A DNA stretch of 64,000 nucleotides, taken from the NCBI GenBank assembly GCA_964589485.1, contig CAZPRK010000002.1, forward strand, positions 49,825-113,824. The letters are read 5' to 3'. Positions 60,220-64,000 of the stretch are shown here, in pieces. Origin of the DNA: an uncultured Methanosarcinales archaeon (lineage in GTDB: Archaea; Nanobdellota; Nanobdellia; Woesearchaeales; CAYSVS01). Position numbers and translations under genes: made by a program. Numbering within the stretch: the first letter of the stretch is position 1; every line of letters begins with the position of its first letter. Under the pieces are notes generated by a model. The model saw nothing but the letters and a program-made list of their open reading frames with translations, was not told the DNA's origin and made no database searches.

Positions 60220-61431
60220 ATGGATTGTTTTACATTAAAGCCTATATCTGGTAAAGGATTTGTAGATAGGAAAGAATTAGTTAGAGATATGTTTTTGGAT
60301 TTTAAAGACATAAAAACTAACGTGGGGTATGCTTTATACGGAGTTAGAAAAATAGGAAAAACTTCAATATTGAGGGAATTGGAACGGGTTTTAAATAAAG
60401 AAAAAAAGGTAGTTGTTGTTTATATGTCTGTATGGGATTTAGCAGATAATTCAATCAAAAAATTTTCAGAATTACTTATAAGAAAAGTTTTAAGTGCATA
60501 TAATAAGAAATTAAAGCTTAATTATGATTTTGATGATTTATTAAGTATAGATAATCCTCAAACTTTAAGAAAAATATTTGAAAATATTGGATTTGGCATT
60601 AAAATTTATGACATGATTGAATTTGTATTTAGAATTGGTGAGAATAAAAAAGATTATAAAAATATAATAGACAATGCTTTTAAAATACCTGAAAGTATTG
60701 CAAAAGAAATAAATACTAAATGTGTTCTAATGATTGATGAATTTCCTTCAATAATGGAATTACAAAATGGAAAACAGGTTGGAATAAACATGATTCGTCA
60801 TTTGAGAACGCTTTGTGAAGAACAAAAAAACGTAGCTCTTTGTATTTCTGGTTCATTTAAGCATACAATGGATGCTGTATGTATATCTAAAATTTCACCT
60901 TTTTTTAAACAATTAATAATAAAAGAGGTTAAACCTTTAGATTTTAAATATACTAAACAACTTTTTATGACTTGTATTGATTGCGAAGTATCTTCTGAAG
61001 CTATGGAAGAAATTTTTGCTATTACTAAGGGTGTTCCTTACTATATTCAATATTTAGGAAAATTTTTATCTAGGAAATATAAAGTTATTAATGAAAAAAA
61101 TGTTAGAACGGAGTATAATAATATTCTTAAAGAATATGGAGAAGTTCTTTTTAATGGAGATTTTAGACATTCTTCTTCAAAGGAACGAAAAATTCTTTTA
61201 GCAATGGCAAGAAAGGGATTAGTTAGACCTTCAAATATAGCTAGAGAGGTTGGAGAAAAAGAAAATTCTGTTAGCGTTTTTCTTTTAAATCTTCAACATA
61301 AGGCAGTAATAGAAAAAATAGAAAAAGTAAAAAAAGTTAAAGATAAAAAAATACTTTATTCTGAATATGTAATACAAGATCCTTTTTTTCATGATTGGCT
61401 TAAAACCACAAATATATATTCTTATTACTAA
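60220..61431 (+). CDS. Archaeal-type AAA ATPase (PF01637-like) with C-terminal winged-helix region
   Basis: Walker A GVRKIGKTSIL; Walker B VLMIDEFPSI; 403 aa. Confidence 0.6.
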   Translation: MDCFTLKPISGKGFVDRKELVRDMFLDFKDIKTNVGYALYGVRKIGKTSILRELERVLNKEKKVVVVYMSVWDLADNSIKKFSELLIRKVLSAYNKKLKLNYDFDDLLSIDNPQTLRKIFENIGFGIKIYDMIEFVFRIGENKKDYKNIIDNAFKIPESIAKEINTKCVLMIDEFPSIMELQNGKQVGINMIRHLRTLCEEQKNVALCISGSFKHTMDAVCISKISPFFKQLIIKEVKPLDFKYTKQLFMTCIDCEVSSEAMEEIFAITKGVPYYIQYLGKFLSRKYKVINEKNVRTEYNNILKEYGEVLFNGDFRHSSSKERKILLAMARKGLVRPSNIAREVGEKENSVSVFLLNLQHKAVIEKIEKVKKVKDKKILYSEYVIQDPFFHDWLKTTNIYSYY

Positions 61432-61465
61432 ATCTTAATAAACAGACTATAAATATTATTTCTTT

Positions 61466-63409
61466 ATGATTTTAGGAAGAGTTATTGGTAAAGCATCAAC
61501 TATTAAATTTTCTTTTGAAGTAAGTGGGGAAGCTAAGAAGTTTCAATATGTACAAGTTTATCATAAAGAAAATGGATATGTTTTATGTCAAATTATAGAA
61601 ATTGTTTCTGATTATGAAAAAAGTATTGCTTATTGTAATATTATTGGATATAATGATGAAAATAAAATTTCTCAAATTAGAACACCTTTTGAAATAAATG
61701 TAGAAGTTTTATCTGCTGAAGATTCTATGATTGAAAAAATTCTTGCAAATAATTCAAAAAATTCAGCATATATTGGTAAGTTAGAAGGAAGAGAAATTAA
61801 AGTAAATCTTGATTTACAACAATTATTAACTAAACATGTTGCAGTATTGGCAAAATCAGGAAGCGGTAAGAGTTATGCTGTTTCTGTTTTATTAGAAGAA
61901 ATATTAGAAAAAAAACTATCGGTTGTTGTAATTGATCCACATGGAGAATATTATTCTTTGAAATTTCCTAAGGATGAAACTGGAAAAGGTTATTTTGATC
62001 AAATAGTAGAGTATGGCGATGTTAAGTTTAATAAAAATTTTAAAGAACTTAAAATTCCTGAAAAATTAACTTCAAGAGAATTGTTAAATATAATGCCATC
62101 AAAATTAACATCAAATCAAGAAGCTTTGTTATATTCTATAATAAAAGATATGGAAGAACTTTCTTTGACTGACTTGATTAGTGAATTAAATAAGGTAGAA
62201 AACCCAAGTAAATTTAATGTTATTGCGATATTAGATTATTTGAAAAGATTGGATATTTTTTCAACAAATCCTATTAATCCAAATGATTTAGTTCAAAGTG
62301 GAAAATGTAGCATTGTAAACTTAAAAGGAATTGATCAAGAAGTGCAACAAATAATTGTATATAAACTTTTATCTGATTTATTTGAAGCAAGAAAAAATGA
62401 AACGATTTCACCTTTTTTATTAGTAATTGAAGAAGCTCATAATTATGTTCCAGAAAAAACTTTCGGTGAAGCAAAAAGTTCAAATGTTATTATTAATATT
62501 GCAAGTGAAGGAAGAAAATTTGGATTAGGGTTGTGTGTGGTAAGTCAACGGCCAGCTAGAATTCAAAAATCTGTATTAAGTCAATGTTCAACTCAAATTA
62601 TTTTAAAAGTAACTAACCCTCATGATTTAAGAGCAATTATTACATCAGCGGAAGGTGTTAATGCAGAAAGTGAAAATGAAATTGTAAACCTTCCTATAGG
62701 AACTTCAATGATTACTGGGATTTCTGAAATGCCTCTATTTGTTAAAATTCGTGAAAGAAGAACTAAACATGGCGGAGAAGCTGTACAGTTGTTTTCTGCT
62801 CAAGATTTTGTTGAAGAAAGTAAAAGATATCAAGAAAACTTACCTATAATTAAACCAAAACTAAGTTTAAATGATTTTAAATTAATGCATGATAAAGATG
62901 TTAAAGTAATAACTCAATTAATTCCAACTGTATTAATTAAATGTAAGAGAGGAACTAATGAATTTAATTTTTTAATAGATTTAGTTGAAGGAAAAGTAAT
63001 TCCTGATTTGAATTCTGAAGAAAGAATAAAATTAGTTGATTTGAATAAATTTTCAAGTGAAGAGTTAACTTTCTTGGAGAAAGCTTTACATTTAGTTAGT
63101 TTTGATTTAGTTGCATTATTTAAAGACTTAAATTTTCCTATGCATCAAATTGAAACTTTTGTGAATGAATTTATAGAACAAGATATATTACAAAGGCAAG
63201 AATCATTTTTTACAATTAATAAAGATTTAAGGATAATTTCTCATCCAAGTGATTTTGTGAGTTATGAAAAAGTAGATTATATTTTAGTTGACTTTGATGA
63301 AAAATTAGATTCAAAAATAAATATAAATAATATTTCATCTAAATTAAATGCTTTTTTAGATGTAATTGATATGAAAGAATGTTTTACTGTAAACTATAAA
63401 CTTATTTAA
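61466..63409 (+). CDS. HerA-like ATPase (HAS-barrel + DUF87/FtsK-type P-loop) with about 200-aa C-terminal extension
   Basis: Walker A VAVLAKSGSGKSY; VVIDPHGEY; Walker B LLVIEEAHNY; arginine-finger region VVSQRPARI. Confidence 0.7.
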   Translation: MILGRVIGKASTIKFSFEVSGEAKKFQYVQVYHKENGYVLCQIIEIVSDYEKSIAYCNIIGYNDENKISQIRTPFEINVEVLSAEDSMIEKILANNSKNSAYIGKLEGREIKVNLDLQQLLTKHVAVLAKSGSGKSYAVSVLLEEILEKKLSVVVIDPHGEYYSLKFPKDETGKGYFDQIVEYGDVKFNKNFKELKIPEKLTSRELLNIMPSKLTSNQEALLYSIIKDMEELSLTDLISELNKVENPSKFNVIAILDYLKRLDIFSTNPINPNDLVQSGKCSIVNLKGIDQEVQQIIVYKLLSDLFEARKNETISPFLLVIEEAHNYVPEKTFGEAKSSNVIINIASEGRKFGLGLCVVSQRPARIQKSVLSQCSTQIILKVTNPHDLRAIITSAEGVNAESENEIVNLPIGTSMITGISEMPLFVKIRERRTKHGGEAVQLFSAQDFVEESKRYQENLPIIKPKLSLNDFKLMHDKDVKVITQLIPTVLIKCKRGTNEFNFLIDLVEGKVIPDLNSEERIKLVDLNKFSSEELTFLEKALHLVSFDLVALFKDLNFPMHQIETFVNEFIEQDILQRQESFFTINKDLRIISHPSDFVSYEKVDYILVDFDEKLDSKININNISSKLNAFLDVIDMKECFTVNYKLI

Positions 63410-63556
63410 GAACTTCAAACATATTTTTTGTAGTTAATCTTACTTTTCTGTTATGTTCAAGTTGATTGATTATAATATTAGTATCAAGTTGAACTAAATT
63501 AAGATTTAGTTGTATATCAGATTCCACTAATTTAATTTCATTTTCTTTTGGTTCAA

Positions 63557-63688
63557 TCAATCTACTACACCTTTACAATGAGTTTTTTCTTCGCCACAAA
63601 CTTTACATTCAAATATGTCATATTCGGCATTACTTATGTTTAAAGTTTCCTTTTTGTACATTTCTGTTTCGCATTTTTTACAGTCCAT
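63557..63688 (-). CDS. Small zinc-ribbon protein (43 aa)
   Basis: MDCKKCETEMYKKETLNISNAEYDIFECKVCGEEKTHCKGVVD carries two CxxC pairs. It is below the track's length cutoff. Confidence 0.3.
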   Translation of the reverse strand: MDCKKCETEMYKKETLNISNAEYDIFECKVCGEEKTHCKGVVD

Positions 63689-63725
63689 ATTTTGAATAAA
63701 ATGTAAGGGTATTTAAAACTTGCTT

Positions 63726-64000
63726 TTATTTTAAATGTATTTCAATAATATCTTTATCTTGAATTTTATGCCCTAAATGGAGAACTTGACCATCAAATTT
63801 TGCACTTTTGCCCCAAACTTTTGCAAATTTAAATTTATTAACAAAATCTCTATGTAATTTTTCACAAAAATCTTTAATTGTGGATCCTCTCTTCATAATC
63901 ATAGGTTCTTTCATATCTGGTTTTTTATTGATTTCTTTAGTGAATATTCTGATAAAATCTAATTTATCAAAAATAACATCTTTTAGTTTATTTATATTAA
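63726..64000 (-). CDS. DRG/Obg-family GTPase, C-terminal TGS domain; 5'-truncated at window edge
   Basis: IKDFCEKLHRDFVNKFKFAKVWGKSAKFDGQVLHLGHKIQDKDIIEI matches the DRG C-terminal TGS consensus. The reading frame stays open upstream to position 64000. Confidence 0.7.
   Translation of the reverse strand, partial: NINKLKDVIFDKLDFIRIFTKEINKKPDMKEPMIMKRGSTIKDFCEKLHRDFVNKFKFAKVWGKSAKFDGQVLHLGHKIQDKDIIEIHLK

Noticed and set aside
744-62483. Twenty-five short ORFs from the six-frame track that lie antisense to or inside larger genes (744-944, 6766-7020, 7360-7659, 9596-9907, 11244-11513, 14379-14573, 15888-16121, 15995-16219, 17566-17847, 17962-18192, 20282-20626, 23111-23305, 24638-24844, 25396-25710, 34021-34227, 35686-35967, 37863-38258, 38492-38677, 41630-41926, 43124-43483, 43833-44081, 44441-44662, 51967-52248, 56266-56448, 59738-59923, 62274-62483)
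   Set aside because: All are fully nested in longer ORFs that have clear homology. They have low-complexity, AT-codon-driven composition and no start-site signals, so they are spurious.
1-64000. CRISPR array or cas genes
   Set aside because: No regularly spaced direct repeats and no Cas-like proteins were seen anywhere in the window.

Overview
This window is AT-rich (about 30% GC) and almost certainly archaeal, but the lineage is undetermined. It carries a digeranylgeranyl-lipid reductase, an AglB/STT3 oligosaccharyltransferase, aIF5B and an intron-containing tRNA with bulge-helix-bulge (BHB) splice motifs, and could equally be a Methanobacteriales-type methanogen or a DPANN archaeon. All homology assignments rest on motifs recognised by eye, with no database search.

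The window falls into four blocks:

1. 1-27.6 kb is a tightly packed surface-glycan locus with many 4-nt ATGA start/stop overlaps. It encodes a DegT-type aminotransferase, a formyltransferase, four GT4 and one GT2 glycosyltransferase, an ArnT-like GT-C enzyme, a Wzx flippase, a UDP-sugar dehydrogenase, a sugar-nucleotide epimerase, and two NeuB nonulosonic-acid synthases. One NeuB is fused to NeuA (the CMP-sugar synthetase) and a TIM-barrel domain. The other is fused to a SAM methyltransferase. The locus also encodes a NadE/PseA-like amidotransferase, a TagF-like glycerophosphotransferase, a CDP-alcohol phosphatidyltransferase, two alkaline-phosphatase-family paralogs, and two paralogous fusions of a putative nucleotidyltransferase with a thymidylate-kinase-like P-loop domain. 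An orphan IS1 InsA-like zinc-finger fragment sits at an internal seam. The block ends with RtcA (RNA 3'-phosphate cyclase), a short TGT-like protein and a Trp/Tyr-type permease.

2. At 27662-27810 there is a tRNA-Trp(CCA) that I parse as having two introns: a canonical 37/38 intron and a second one in the variable loop.

3. Directly downstream of the tRNA, 27.9-43.5 kb is a co-oriented cluster of eight genes. The first three encode large proteins with no recognisable domains except a MinD/ParA-type deviant Walker A ATPase module in the 801-aa protein. They are followed by four secreted or surface proteins, including a 1444-aa PKD-repeat adhesin. Every gene in this cluster has a strong GGAGG ribosome-binding site. 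This is the best candidate for an undescribed system.

4. 43.5-53.6 kb is an N-glycosylation (agl-like) cluster. It contains the geranylgeranyl reductase (GGR), an overlapping pair of 4-TM SMR-type proteins, an AglB with a C-terminal parvulin PPIase domain, a Dol-P glycosyltransferase, a GT4 enzyme, and a trifunctional pyruvate-kinase-like / ATP sulfurylase / APS kinase (PAPS synthase).

The remainder encodes aIF5B, several small PUA-domain and hypothetical genes, an MBL-fold hydrolase, an archaeal-type AAA ATPase next to a HerA-like ATPase, and a 5'-truncated DRG-family GTPase at the window edge.
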